Virus record (IMG/VR): IMGVR_UViG_3300025875_000010
Span: 13,292-77,291 of that record
Source: a virus
Lineage: Duplodnaviria; Caudoviricetes
Strand: one strand, 5' to 3'
Length of the DNA: 64,000 nucleotides
Under the pieces are notes generated by a model. It was given only the letters and a program-made list of their open reading frames with translations, ran no database searches and had not been told where the DNA came from. A program made the translations under genes and the position numbers. Below are positions 48,804-56,937 of this stretch, one piece after another (the stretch's first letter is position 1; the number at the start of each line of letters is the position of its first letter).

Positions 48804-49898
48804 TCAATTATCGGATTCAATATAGAGGCTCTGCAAGTCAATGCTTGCTGCTGCTGCGGTAGTTCCATTGGAGTGATGAATATGGGCTGACAGCATAGTG
48901 TTCAGCGCAGGAAGATCAACATTAGCAGTGCCGCTAACAACAATACCATCGTTTAAACGCTGGGCAGACCAATAAACAACCGACCCTCCACCAGAAGGAG
49001 CAAATAGCCTAAACTCATAAAAATCGGTTGCCGCCACCTGCGTGCGGAAATTGACACCAAGATCGACCGATGTTCCTGCACCAGTTCCATCATTGCACAT
49101 AAAGCGCCAAGTAGTTTGAGTAGAGTTGGCTCCAAACCCGATCAAGTTCAAAAAAGTTGAAGGCTCAACACTGGGAGAGAGGGCCGCTGTTGTAGAACTC
49201 AATCCAACAAATAATCTATTCGTTGGAGTTATTGCCTGCAATCCCAACCTAGCAACAAAAAAGAATCCTCCCATGTTGGGAGTAGATGACAAAAACCACT
49301 GAGCAGACGATGATCTAGTACCGGCTGCTGCCGCTGCCGTTGCTGCCGAAGTGAACCTGGACTTAACCATTGAAGTATAAAAATTGGTAGAAGCGTTATT
49401 CACTAACGTTGGGTTGGCAACGTTAGCAACATTTAGACCATCCAGTGTAGGAGTCGCAACGTTGTTTACAGCATTCCAGCGGGCAACCCTATTGGAAAAC
49501 ATTGCAGGTTGCAAGGCAGTGTCCTGACCAGATGGTCCTATAATAGACAAAAGCCTGCGGGCCCTATATCTAGTAAATAACTTTAAACCTGTAGCTGGTG
49601 CCGTTGGAGTGGTTGTCACATGCTCTGTAGATATAAGAGCTTCGGTTGTGGAGCCCCCACCGCCGCCGACCGATGCAACAGCATTATCAACATAAGACTT
49701 CTTGGTGGCATGATCTGGACTTGACGGATCGAAAGCAATATTAACATAACCAAAGTCTGAACCGGCCAAAATATTGTCTCTTTTAACTAAAGTTCCAGTA
49801 AAAGATGCAGTAGTGGCATTATTCAGTAATGTCTTGATGCCCTTGATTTCTGTGGCAATGCGAGAGGCTAAAGCCTGAACTTCACTTACTACGCTCAT
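48804..49898 (-). CDS. fibre-associated protein with putative receptor/lectin-like C-terminal domain
   Basis: N-terminus paralogous to 49895..50932; DHATKKSYVD fibre motif; beta-rich C-terminus. Confidence 0.55.
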   Translation of the reverse strand: MSVVSEVQALASRIATEIKGIKTLLNNATTASFTGTLVKRDNILAGSDFGYVNIAFDPSSPDHATKKSYVDNAVASVGGGGGSTTEALISTEHVTTTPTAPATGLKLFTRYRARRLLSIIGPSGQDTALQPAMFSNRVARWNAVNNVATPTLDGLNVANVANPTLVNNASTNFYTSMVKSRFTSAATAAAAAGTRSSSAQWFLSSTPNMGGFFFVARLGLQAITPTNRLFVGLSSTTAALSPSVEPSTFLNLIGFGANSTQTTWRFMCNDGTGAGTSVDLGVNFRTQVAATDFYEFRLFAPSGGGSVVYWSAQRLNDGIVVSGTANVDLPALNTMLSAHIHHSNGTTAAAASIDLQSLYIESDN

Positions 49899-50932
49899 AC
49901 TAGACCGGCCTCAAATGTTGCCACGAAATTAGTTGTAGTGTCACCTACCGCTGCGGCATCGGCAGCAGTACCGGCCGTTGTGCCAATCACAATATTAGAT
50001 ACACCCGCACCAATGGTGTTTCTAGCTGCCGAAGCATCTACAGCGGTAATCAAAGACCTACCAATTAAAGTCGAGTCGCTAATGTTAGCAGCAGTGTGGG
50101 TGTGAACGGTGGGTGCCTTGGTATCTGCAACTATCTTCAAACCGGCCGGAGTTACGGCACGAACTGTATCAGTTCCAGTAGTCGCTTCGGTAGTGGTTGC
50201 TAATTCAACAACACCGGATGCAGATTCTGTGGCTGCTGGTGGCGCATAATCTCCAGCCTTGGCTGTACCGGCATTTGTACCAATTACAAGGCTAGAAGTT
50301 CCCGCTCCAATTACACCACGAACAGCAGTTGCATCAGTTGCGGTCAGAACATTGCGACCGACCGTCGTTGCATCAGAAATATTTGCGGCCGTATGAGTGT
50401 GACTGGCAGGTGCCGCTCCAACTTCTGCGGCAGTAAAAGTCTTATTTCCGGCCATTGCAGTGGTACCTGTAACGCCAATAACTAGATTAGACGTACCGGC
50501 ACCAATATTGGTGCGAGCCTGGGTCTGCTGTGCTCCCGTTAGAGTCTGAGCAGCATCAAAACGAACTCTGTTTCCAAGAGCAGCCGTTATTGTTGCCGCA
50601 AAGTTTGGATCATCACCAAGAGCCTCTGCAATTTCATTAAGAGTGTCTAGAGTTCCCGGTGCAGAGTCAATAATTGCCGCTACTCTGTTTTGAATTTCTG
50701 TATTTGTCTTACTTGATGACCAAGAAGTTGCCGTTGATGTGTTCGTATCATTAATTCCTGAGGCATTGGCTGCGGCTGTAGCCACCTCATTGATTGCCGC
50801 TACAAGGTTTCCCTTAGCGGTGGTAACAAGGGCAGAATTGTCTACCGCGTTACCGTTAATAAGTGTGCGCAAAGTCTTGACTTCCGTAGCAATACGGGTT
50901 GCCAAGTCCTGCAAGTTTGTTACAAGTGACAT
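49895..50932 (-). CDS. fibre protein with Thr/Ala repeats
   Basis: TTAKGNLVAAINEV, APGTLDTLNEIAEALGDDPNFAATI, repeats shared with 28791..30014. Confidence 0.7.
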   Translation of the reverse strand: MSLVTNLQDLATRIATEVKTLRTLINGNAVDNSALVTTAKGNLVAAINEVATAAANASGINDTNTSTATSWSSSKTNTEIQNRVAAIIDSAPGTLDTLNEIAEALGDDPNFAATITAALGNRVRFDAAQTLTGAQQTQARTNIGAGTSNLVIGVTGTTAMAGNKTFTAAEVGAAPASHTHTAANISDATTVGRNVLTATDATAVRGVIGAGTSSLVIGTNAGTAKAGDYAPPAATESASGVVELATTTEATTGTDTVRAVTPAGLKIVADTKAPTVHTHTAANISDSTLIGRSLITAVDASAARNTIGAGVSNIVIGTTAGTAADAAAVGDTTTNFVATFEAGLV

Positions 50933-50949
50933 TATTTTATTCCTCTCCC

Positions 50950-51519
50950 TTAAATAAGTCTATTCTCAAAAAGAATAGCTAGGTCTTGCATTTCTACGTC
51001 ATACACAGGGTGAGGAGTTTGTGATTCAATATGAACCGCCAACTTAGTGTCAACAGCTTGATTCAAAATCTCCGGGTCCACTACCCCCGCAACATAGTCT
51101 TCCTTTTTCAAAAAAACTTCATCCAAGGCATTAGTTAGAGGAATAATGAACTCAGTTCTAACCTCACCCGCGCCGTCCAAAACAGTATTTCCCTCTCCAC
51201 TGCTTAGAGAATAATCTACCGCCCCCTCTACAAGCAATCCCAATTGACCATCTTTAAAGGACTTGATTCTATAGAATCCATCCTTTAAAGAATTAATCTC
51301 ATGTGCAGAAAAATTGATGACAACTTCTCCATCTCTAAATACTGCGGTTCCGCTTGTAGCGGCATCGGTAAATCTAGAGTTGTGAGCTACTTCTACAATC
51401 AACTGAGCGCCTTCAAGGTTCAAAGACGTAGGAATGACCACCCTAGCGCCCTGTCCCTCAGTCGTAGAAAATGAATATCTATGACGAGGACTTGTGGGCA
51501 CCAAATAGACGTAGGACAT
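50950..51519 (-). CDS. putative fibre adaptor/attachment protein
   Basis: BppU-like N-terminus; C-terminal DLAILFENRLI; leaderless promoter TTGAAA-17-TAATAT-6-ATG. Confidence 0.5.
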   Translation of the reverse strand: MSYVYLVPTSPRHRYSFSTTEGQGARVVIPTSLNLEGAQLIVEVAHNSRFTDAATSGTAVFRDGEVVINFSAHEINSLKDGFYRIKSFKDGQLGLLVEGAVDYSLSSGEGNTVLDGAGEVRTEFIIPLTNALDEVFLKKEDYVAGVVDPEILNQAVDTKLAVHIESQTPHPVYDVEMQDLAILFENRLI

Positions 51520-51543
51520 AATAAAATATTAGCACTTTAACCC

Positions 51544-52524
51544 TTATTTTTCAAACCGTTCTACAACGTGAGCAAAGGTCTTCTCAGTCAACCGGTCCCA
51601 ATCCCAGCGCCTCTGAATATAGCCAATTCTATCAAATGCCATGGGTGTCAACTCATCAATCTTGCTGACGGCAATCTTCATCGACTTCGCCAGTTCAGCC
51701 TCATCAGGATGCAACATATTACCGGGGTGTACGGCAGGCCAAGGAGACTTCAAAAGATTTGTCTTGACCCGCAGAGCCTCTAGAGTGGCTATCTCATAGG
51801 GCGCCCATCCTTCACTAACGATGACCGGCATTCCTGTAACCATGGCCTGTAGTGGAATCAGTCCGAATCCCTCACCGTAAGAAGGATAAACTAGAACGTC
51901 ATGGCGGTGAACAAGATCAACCATTTGGTCTTCGGTAAACTCTTCCGTAATGATTTTAACATTACTTAGTTCATTGAATGGATGAGCATTGTTGATGCCC
52001 CTGATAGTTGATGATCCAAAACCCTTAATGGTCAATGTTGCTTTATTGCTATCACCATAGAGTTTCTTGAAAGTGTCATATACTAATTGACCGGCCTTGC
52101 GAGGTGCCGGTTCTCCAATGTGGAGAAACTTAACCGGGCCGGGGCGGCGGTGGCGCTTCTTTGGCGTCCACACTTCTGAATCCACACCATGCTCATACAC
52201 ACGCGCGTTATAGCCCTTTTTGTTAAACCATTTAGCCATAAGCGGTGAAGTCGTCCACAATTCGTCACAACTTTGCAGACCCGCTCGCCACTTGGCCGGG
52301 ATTGTGGTAGACTCCCAAGCAACGTAGCCAATCTTGTAAGCATTTGGATTAGACCAGTGCCATAGATAGGGCTGAGAGAAATTAAGCTCGACCGGCGCTG
52401 TGCTATCCTTGTAGGGAACTTCGTGTCCGAGTCTCTGTAGAGACCTCACGATACCGTATGCGGCTACTCCGTAACCGTGTGTAGTGATGAGGTTGGATTC
52501 TGGAACAGATAGACTAATCTTCAT
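51544..52524 (-). CDS. GT-B (family 4-like) glycosyltransferase
   Basis: HGYGVAAY, WESTTIP, RKAGQ, VYPSYGEGFGLIPLQAMVTGMPVIVS. Confidence 0.85.
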   Translation of the reverse strand: MKISLSVPESNLITTHGYGVAAYGIVRSLQRLGHEVPYKDSTAPVELNFSQPYLWHWSNPNAYKIGYVAWESTTIPAKWRAGLQSCDELWTTSPLMAKWFNKKGYNARVYEHGVDSEVWTPKKRHRRPGPVKFLHIGEPAPRKAGQLVYDTFKKLYGDSNKATLTIKGFGSSTIRGINNAHPFNELSNVKIITEEFTEDQMVDLVHRHDVLVYPSYGEGFGLIPLQAMVTGMPVIVSEGWAPYEIATLEALRVKTNLLKSPWPAVHPGNMLHPDEAELAKSMKIAVSKIDELTPMAFDRIGYIQRRWDWDRLTEKTFAHVVERFEK

Positions 52525-52549
52525 AGGAAGATTCTACCATAGGAGACAT

Positions 52550-52747
52550 ATGAACGGAATTGAGAGAATCAAACGGGCGATTGCCCTCGACGGTGGCTAT
52601 GAATATTGTGAAGAACACAACACATACCGCTGGTGGAGTCCAGATAATTGCTCAAACAAACACAAAGAACTTCCACGCGGATATTTTACTTGTGAAGAGC
52701 ATGGGCGAATTCACACTCCCGAAGAACAAGCCTGGCATTGTGACTAA
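52550..52747 (+). CDS. small Cys/His protein (65 aa)
   Basis: RBS AGGAG then MNGIERIK; duplicated CEEH motif. Confidence 0.55.
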   Translation: MNGIERIKRAIALDGGYEYCEEHNTYRWWSPDNCSNKHKELPRGYFTCEEHGRIHTPEEQAWHCD

Positions 52748-52809
52748 CTTGCGTCATAATGAACAAGATGTTACTATTCAACTAGTCAAGTGATCAGCAG
52801 CCTACCTGA

Positions 52810-52838
52810 TTGCAAAGGACGCATTTTTGTGCTACACT
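52810..52838 (+). promoter_or_regulatory. promoter
   Basis: TTGCAA-17 nt-TACACT. Confidence 0.7.
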
Positions 52839-52844
52839 TGTATG

Positions 52845-53290
52845 TACACGTATACGCCCCAAGCAATCTAGTAGGCCCTCGAAAGAGGAGATTGCTTGGG
52901 GCTTTTACTATTTGTTAGTTCAACAGGGTTTAAGAGCACGCTCTGACAACCCACCGATAAGAGTCAGCCTACTGCTGTTATCGGAAACGGCAACAACCGG
53001 GATTCCATCCTAGTAAAAAGTTGTTGCGTGTCTCCCCTGAAATACTGGAAGAGGGGGTGGAACCTTAAGCAGTTCCGAGACTAGGGCATGGAGTGGACCG
53101 TTTGGCATACCGGCACCCCTAGGATTGAAGTTGAACCGTCCAAAAGGACGCTCCCCCAGGTGAACTCTATCAAAAAGAATTTATTCAATCTTAGACTATA
53201 CAAAAGCTTATCAATTAGATAACCCTATTAGTAGTAATTAAACACTCCGCGAGCGGAGCGAGCCCGGCGAAGCCGGTCTAGAAAGGAACT
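52845..53290 (+). ncRNA. candidate long structured RNA or structured leader
   Basis: No convincing ORF; many perfect stems and long-range complementarities (see findings). Confidence 0.5.
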
Positions 53291-53293
53291 TTA

Positions 53294-53503
53294 ATGGATA
53301 ATAAAGAAAGAAAAGCTCTTAGAGCTAAAGAGAAGAAAGACCGAGAAGATCGATGGGTAGAATTAGTCAAGAAAAAGCAAAAAACTCCTTCTAGATTAAG
53401 AACTGGTCGAGACATTCCTTATTCAAAGAAGTTTTCAGAAGTTACTATCACTAGTCCGGACGGCACCGTAGAAGTGGTTCCAGCAAAGAAGAGAGCAAAA
53501 TGA
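53294..53503 (+). CDS. basic hypothetical protein
   Basis: RBS AAAGGA; 69 aa, Lys-rich. Confidence 0.65.
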   Translation: MDNKERKALRAKEKKDREDRWVELVKKKQKTPSRLRTGRDIPYSKKFSEVTITSPDGTVEVVPAKKRAK

Positions 53504-53601
53504 AGTATTTACTATGGAGATTAGGAATTGTTCTTAGTAATGCAGGAGCTTATCTAATTTATAAGACAGAGCTTAAGGATTACTCTGATAAGACAATTTG
53601 A
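53500..53601 (+). CDS. hypothetical 33-aa protein
   Basis: ATGA overlap with upstream stop; MKYLLWRLGIVLSNAG. Confidence 0.4.
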   Translation: MKYLLWRLGIVLSNAGAYLIYKTELKDYSDKTI

Positions 53602-53615
53602 ATTTAAGGAGAGCT

Positions 53616-53780
53616 ATGCGCTTTATCATTGAGTGTCAAGAAGATATACACCGACTCGTAGGGTGGTACAATAGTGATAGGATCACAGCGGAAGAATATT
53701 TCGATGCTGTTGATCAGTATGCGGCCCGAATGTTTGAAGATGAAGTGGAACGGGTATCATGGTTAGAACGATGGAGGTGA
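53616..53780 (+). CDS. hypothetical protein
   Basis: RBS AAGGAG then MRFIIECQ. Confidence 0.6.
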   Translation: MRFIIECQEDIHRLVGWYNSDRITAEEYFDAVDQYAARMFEDEVERVSWLERWR

Positions 53781-53785
53781 TATAA

Positions 53786-53959
53786 GTGATCTTGCTAGGA
53801 ATTGTTCTCCTAATTCTAGGAGCTATTTTTGACATTGGAATCCTATTCACCCTTGGATGGATTTTGGTTGTAGTTGCCGTTGTTTTGTACATCGTTGCAG
53901 CTATCGCAGGTGCCCGCACTGGACGAGCTTTGTTCGGTAGAAGGAAGCATCTGTTCTAA
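53786..53959 (+). CDS. small membrane protein, DUF6131-like (57 aa; absent from the ORF track)
   Basis: GTG start after GGAGG; MILLGIVLLILGAIFDIGILFTLGWILVVVAVVL...GRRKHLF. Confidence 0.7.
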   Translation: MILLGIVLLILGAIFDIGILFTLGWILVVVAVVLYIVAAIAGARTGRALFGRRKHLF

Positions 53960-53975
53960 ACACCAAAAACACAAC

Positions 53976-54003
53976 GAGCCCTGGCGGAAGCCGGGGCTCT
54001 TGT
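53976..54003 (+). terminator. intrinsic terminator-like hairpin
   Basis: GAGCCCTGGC-GGAA-GCCGGGGCTC then TTGT. Confidence 0.6.
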
Positions 54004-54017
54004 GCTATCATGGGGTC

Positions 54018-54125
54018 ATGACAGAGCTTACGTGGGCCGAGAAGGTCAAGCGACAGTATGATGTAGCGATCAGGCGAAATAGGCACATCCCTGATTCTTG
54101 GAGTCTAGCGCCTAGGGGGAGATAA
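54018..54125 (+). CDS. hypothetical 35-aa protein, leaderless
   Basis: TATCAT-6 nt-ATG; MTELTWAEKVKRQY. Confidence 0.55.
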   Translation: MTELTWAEKVKRQYDVAIRRNRHIPDSWSLAPRGR

Positions 54126-54332
54126 GTGTATAACATGCCAGGGTTCCAACCGGCCCGGACCAAAGAAGAGGTTGACAAGCGTATCGAACTGTGGCATGCT
54201 GTGCCCGAAGTTACATACGACGAGCTACGACCCAGCCTCAACGACTACCTAGGGTGGTCGAAGCAGGACTATTGGGATTGGGTCATGACCGGAAGGATGC
54301 CCAATGAGCGATCCACTACAGACAGCGATTAG
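54126..54332 (+). CDS. hypothetical protein
   Basis: SLNDYLGWSKQDYWDWV motif. Confidence 0.6.
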   Translation: MYNMPGFQPARTKEEVDKRIELWHAVPEVTYDELRPSLNDYLGWSKQDYWDWVMTGRMPNERSTTDSD

Positions 54333-54567
54333 CACCGGCACCCACGCGGAATGGGAGCGCTACGTTAAGTGGCTCCAAGACGGACGGCCTGAAACCAAGA
54401 CGGCAGACGAGTGGTCTGAAATTAAGGGCATCGTCATTCGTGACCCGGACGGCTGGCGCTACGATGACGCACCGCCCTGGGATGCTTTGATCACCGAGGC
54501 CGAGTTTAATGAGCGCGCAGCGGGTTGCACCATTCAACTGTTACCGGGCAGCACCTTTGGTGTCTGA
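54304..54567 (+). CDS. hypothetical protein
   Basis: KTADEW..IVIRDPDGWR..LITEAEFNERAAGCTI. Confidence 0.65.
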   Translation: MSDPLQTAISTGTHAEWERYVKWLQDGRPETKTADEWSEIKGIVIRDPDGWRYDDAPPWDALITEAEFNERAAGCTIQLLPGSTFGV

Positions 54568-54742
54568 ATGGACTGAGGACGTATGCACCTGCAAGCACAG
54601 TCAGTCTAAGCATAGGGATACTTATGCTGGACCTTGGATGGGTGTATGCAAGATGTGTCAAGCAGATTTCGAATGGTCCGGAATGGGGCCGGTCTGCGGT
54701 AGATATCAATGGAACGGCGAACCTAGAAAGAAGGTATGGTAA
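54560..54742 (+). CDS. small Cys-rich protein
   Basis: CTCKHSQSKH...CKMC...C; GTG start. Confidence 0.55.
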   Translation: MSEWTEDVCTCKHSQSKHRDTYAGPWMGVCKMCQADFEWSGMGPVCGRYQWNGEPRKKVW

Positions 54743-54885
54743 TGAAGCAGAAGATTATGAATTTCTTTGGATTCTGGACCCAGCATCAGATTGCCACGCA
54801 GTATCGTTCGCCTTACGCGGACTGGCAGCATGAACACCGTGAGTGGATGCGTGAGCACGGCCTTAAGCCTCTCACATTCGACTGA
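54742..54885 (+). CDS. hypothetical 47-aa protein
   Basis: TAATG coupling; MKQKIMNFFGFWTQHQ. Confidence 0.5.
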   Translation: MKQKIMNFFGFWTQHQIATQYRSPYADWQHEHREWMREHGLKPLTFD

Positions 54886-54962
54886 TGATTTGTATTTTAC
54901 TGATCATCTTCGTAGTGATTGTTGGTGTAGGTCTGTGGTCATCCGATAATTGGAGGCGCTAA
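54885..54962 (+). CDS. 25-aa membrane peptide
   Basis: TGATG and TAATG coupling on both sides; hydrophobic MICILLIIFVVIVGVGLW. Confidence 0.4.
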   Translation: MICILLIIFVVIVGVGLWSSDNWRR

Positions 54963-55237
54963 TGTATCAGAATATCCGCTGGCTGACTGAGGTCTATGAA
55001 TCCCAGCATTGGGCGGAAGTAAGAGATAAGATTCCGGTGAACCCACCGGGAGCATTTCTAGCTGAGGGGGACGTTATGATTCATGACATTGATCTGCTTA
55101 ACTGGATGAACGACAACGGAGACTATGAGTTTCACCCGCGTCTGCGTGACCGGGTTCAAGAAGTCTCTCGTACGCGCATCCGGGCCATTACGATTGATGA
55201 AGCCCCCGAGATTGATGAGGAATATGACTGCGACTGA
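54962..55237 (+). CDS. hypothetical protein
   Basis: RBS GGAGG; MYQNIRWL. Confidence 0.6.
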   Translation: MYQNIRWLTEVYESQHWAEVRDKIPVNPPGAFLAEGDVMIHDIDLLNWMNDNGDYEFHPRLRDRVQEVSRTRIRAITIDEAPEIDEEYDCD

Positions 55238-55391
55238 ATGGGATAATCTTACCCTGAGCGATATCGGGATCAAGATAGCGATACCCACGGATATTTTGGA
55301 AGTATTTTATGAACGAGCGCTTGTAAGTTTATCGCAACTAGAGCGTTATTTGTATGTAGTAGCAAAGGAATTAGACGAGAGGAACGCATAG
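55224..55391 (+). CDS. hypothetical protein
   Basis: RBS GAGGA; MTATEWDNL. Confidence 0.5.
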   Translation: MTATEWDNLTLSDIGIKIAIPTDILEVFYERALVSLSQLERYLYVVAKELDERNA

Positions 55392-55801
55392 TGTTAAGAC
55401 TAGATAGGCATGTACCGATTGAAAGCGGAGTAGATGCGGTTATATTGACCGCATCTAACCTGACAGAAGCAGCTAATCTCTGCGGCGGTGCATTGGGATC
55501 AAGGCAAATTGACTATAACCAGGATGAGACTGTTCTAAAGATTCCTACCCTGGATGGCGTAAAAAAGGCCGGACCCGGAGAGTATCTCGTCAAGTATGAA
55601 AATGGTCGATGGGATACTTTAACCAAGGCTGCTTTTGAAGAAAAGTATAAAAAAGTCGGCCAACGCCAAGATGGCTTTCAACCAAGGACACGCGGCGGCA
55701 CATTCATCAAGGGCGACTCTTTTCCTCCCTTGATGAATAACACGCGCACTGGCGGCTCAGTAGAGCCTAAGGGCTGGGGACTTAACAGTGATAGTCCATG
55801 A
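55391..55801 (+). CDS. hypothetical protein
   Basis: IPTLDG..AGPGEYLVK..F..KY pattern common in phages. Confidence 0.65.
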   Translation: MLRLDRHVPIESGVDAVILTASNLTEAANLCGGALGSRQIDYNQDETVLKIPTLDGVKKAGPGEYLVKYENGRWDTLTKAAFEEKYKKVGQRQDGFQPRTRGGTFIKGDSFPPLMNNTRTGGSVEPKGWGLNSDSP

Positions 55802-56184
55802 CACTACAAGACATTCTAGACAACCACGGGGGTGAGAAGTTTCCAGTACAGAATAGGTATCTGACTAGAGACTACGGACTACCAGCAGAAATGAGCATGA
55901 ATGATCTTCGCCGGTTGCGTGATGAAGAATGGACTCGCATTAAGGTAGAAGATGTTCCTCATGAAGAGGTTCATCATGGAGGTTCCTTGTGGTCTGCTCT
56001 TAGGCAAGAAATTGATAATCGTAGGAACGACGGCAGATCGATGCCTATTCCTGATAGCTCTGACTTGGATAAGACTTACATCTATCCCGGCGACCCGGCC
56101 CCGGAAGGAATGAAGTGGGTTCTCGTCAAGGACGACTCACCAGGATTAGTAGCATACGTAGAAAAAGATGCTAATGAACAGTGA
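55798..56184 (+). CDS. hypothetical protein
   Basis: 128 aa, coupled overlaps. Confidence 0.55.
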   Translation: MTLQDILDNHGGEKFPVQNRYLTRDYGLPAEMSMNDLRRLRDEEWTRIKVEDVPHEEVHHGGSLWSALRQEIDNRRNDGRSMPIPDSSDLDKTYIYPGDPAPEGMKWVLVKDDSPGLVAYVEKDANEQ

Positions 56185-56468
56185 TCAACTACTTGCCAAA
56201 TATAACAAGCACATGGGGTCCGACCGCGATGGTTAACGGTTATGTCGCTCCTTATAATTCTGATCGTAATGTTAGAGCGATGGATCGGGTATTTGAAGCG
56301 ATTCGAGACTACAGAGTTACCGAGCTAGACACAATTAGTGGAATTGAATACCGCATAGATGGTAATATTGCTACTGAATCTTATATTAAGGCAATTAAGT
56401 CTCATTTGAGTCGTGGCTATATTTATTCTTATGAGCTAGCGCCGGGGATTCGACAACTTAGTATTTGA
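56181..56468 (+). CDS. hypothetical protein
   Basis: 95 aa, GTGA overlap. Confidence 0.55.
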   Translation: MINYLPNITSTWGPTAMVNGYVAPYNSDRNVRAMDRVFEAIRDYRVTELDTISGIEYRIDGNIATESYIKAIKSHLSRGYIYSYELAPGIRQLSI

Positions 56469-56499
56469 CTTATACCTAAGGCAATGGTATCATAATACC

Positions 56500-56937
56500 A
56501 TGACAGAAATAGAATTAGCTTACGCAGCCGGTCTTTTCGATGGAGAAGGCTGCGTAAGCATTAACAAGGTGCGACAAAAACATTATGTGAGGGATGGATA
56601 CCAGCTTCGCTGCTCGATATCAATTACGCATGAAGAAACCAGCCTTTGGTTTAAAGATCATTTTGGCGGATCACACAAGCCAATTATCAGAGCCAATGCT
56701 CGTAACTATTGGCAATGGGTTGTTGTAGCTCGTAAAGCGCGAAAATTTTTAGAGGAAATAGAACCATATTTGGTAATTAAGAAAGAAGTAGCTGGTCATG
56801 GAATTTTATTCCAAAAAGCCAGAGACGATAGCCAAGCCTATAACCGTTCAGAAGAAAATTGGAATAAGGAGACAGAATTATATGTCGCAGTCAGAAAATG
56901 TAACGCTCGATGGGGAACAGAATACTATGTTGAATAA
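56500..56937 (+). CDS. LAGLIDADG homing endonuclease (single motif)
   Basis: LAYAAGLFDGEGCVSI; FLEEIEPYLVIKK; leaderless promoter TTGACT-17-TATCAT-6-ATG. Confidence 0.9.
   Translation: MTEIELAYAAGLFDGEGCVSINKVRQKHYVRDGYQLRCSISITHEETSLWFKDHFGGSHKPIIRANARNYWQWVVVARKARKFLEEIEPYLVIKKEVAGHGILFQKARDDSQAYNRSEENWNKETELYVAVRKCNARWGTEYYVE

Noticed and set aside
53030-53150. Group I intron core (AAATACTGGAA resembling P; GTTCCGAGACTA resembling R)
   Set aside because: No S element able to form P7 and no interrupted gene around it; resemblance too loose without a covariance search.
52810-53222. Protein-coding reading of the structured intergenic region (52810..53013 and a 44-aa ORF from 53088)
   Set aside because: Starts overlap the promoter or lack an RBS; products show no motifs; base-pairing explains the sequence better.
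56798-56926. 275-aa ThyX N-terminal extension or intein
   Set aside because: The extension is the alternate frame of the LAGLIDADG gene; ThyX motifs begin at ATG 56927; no intein motifs.
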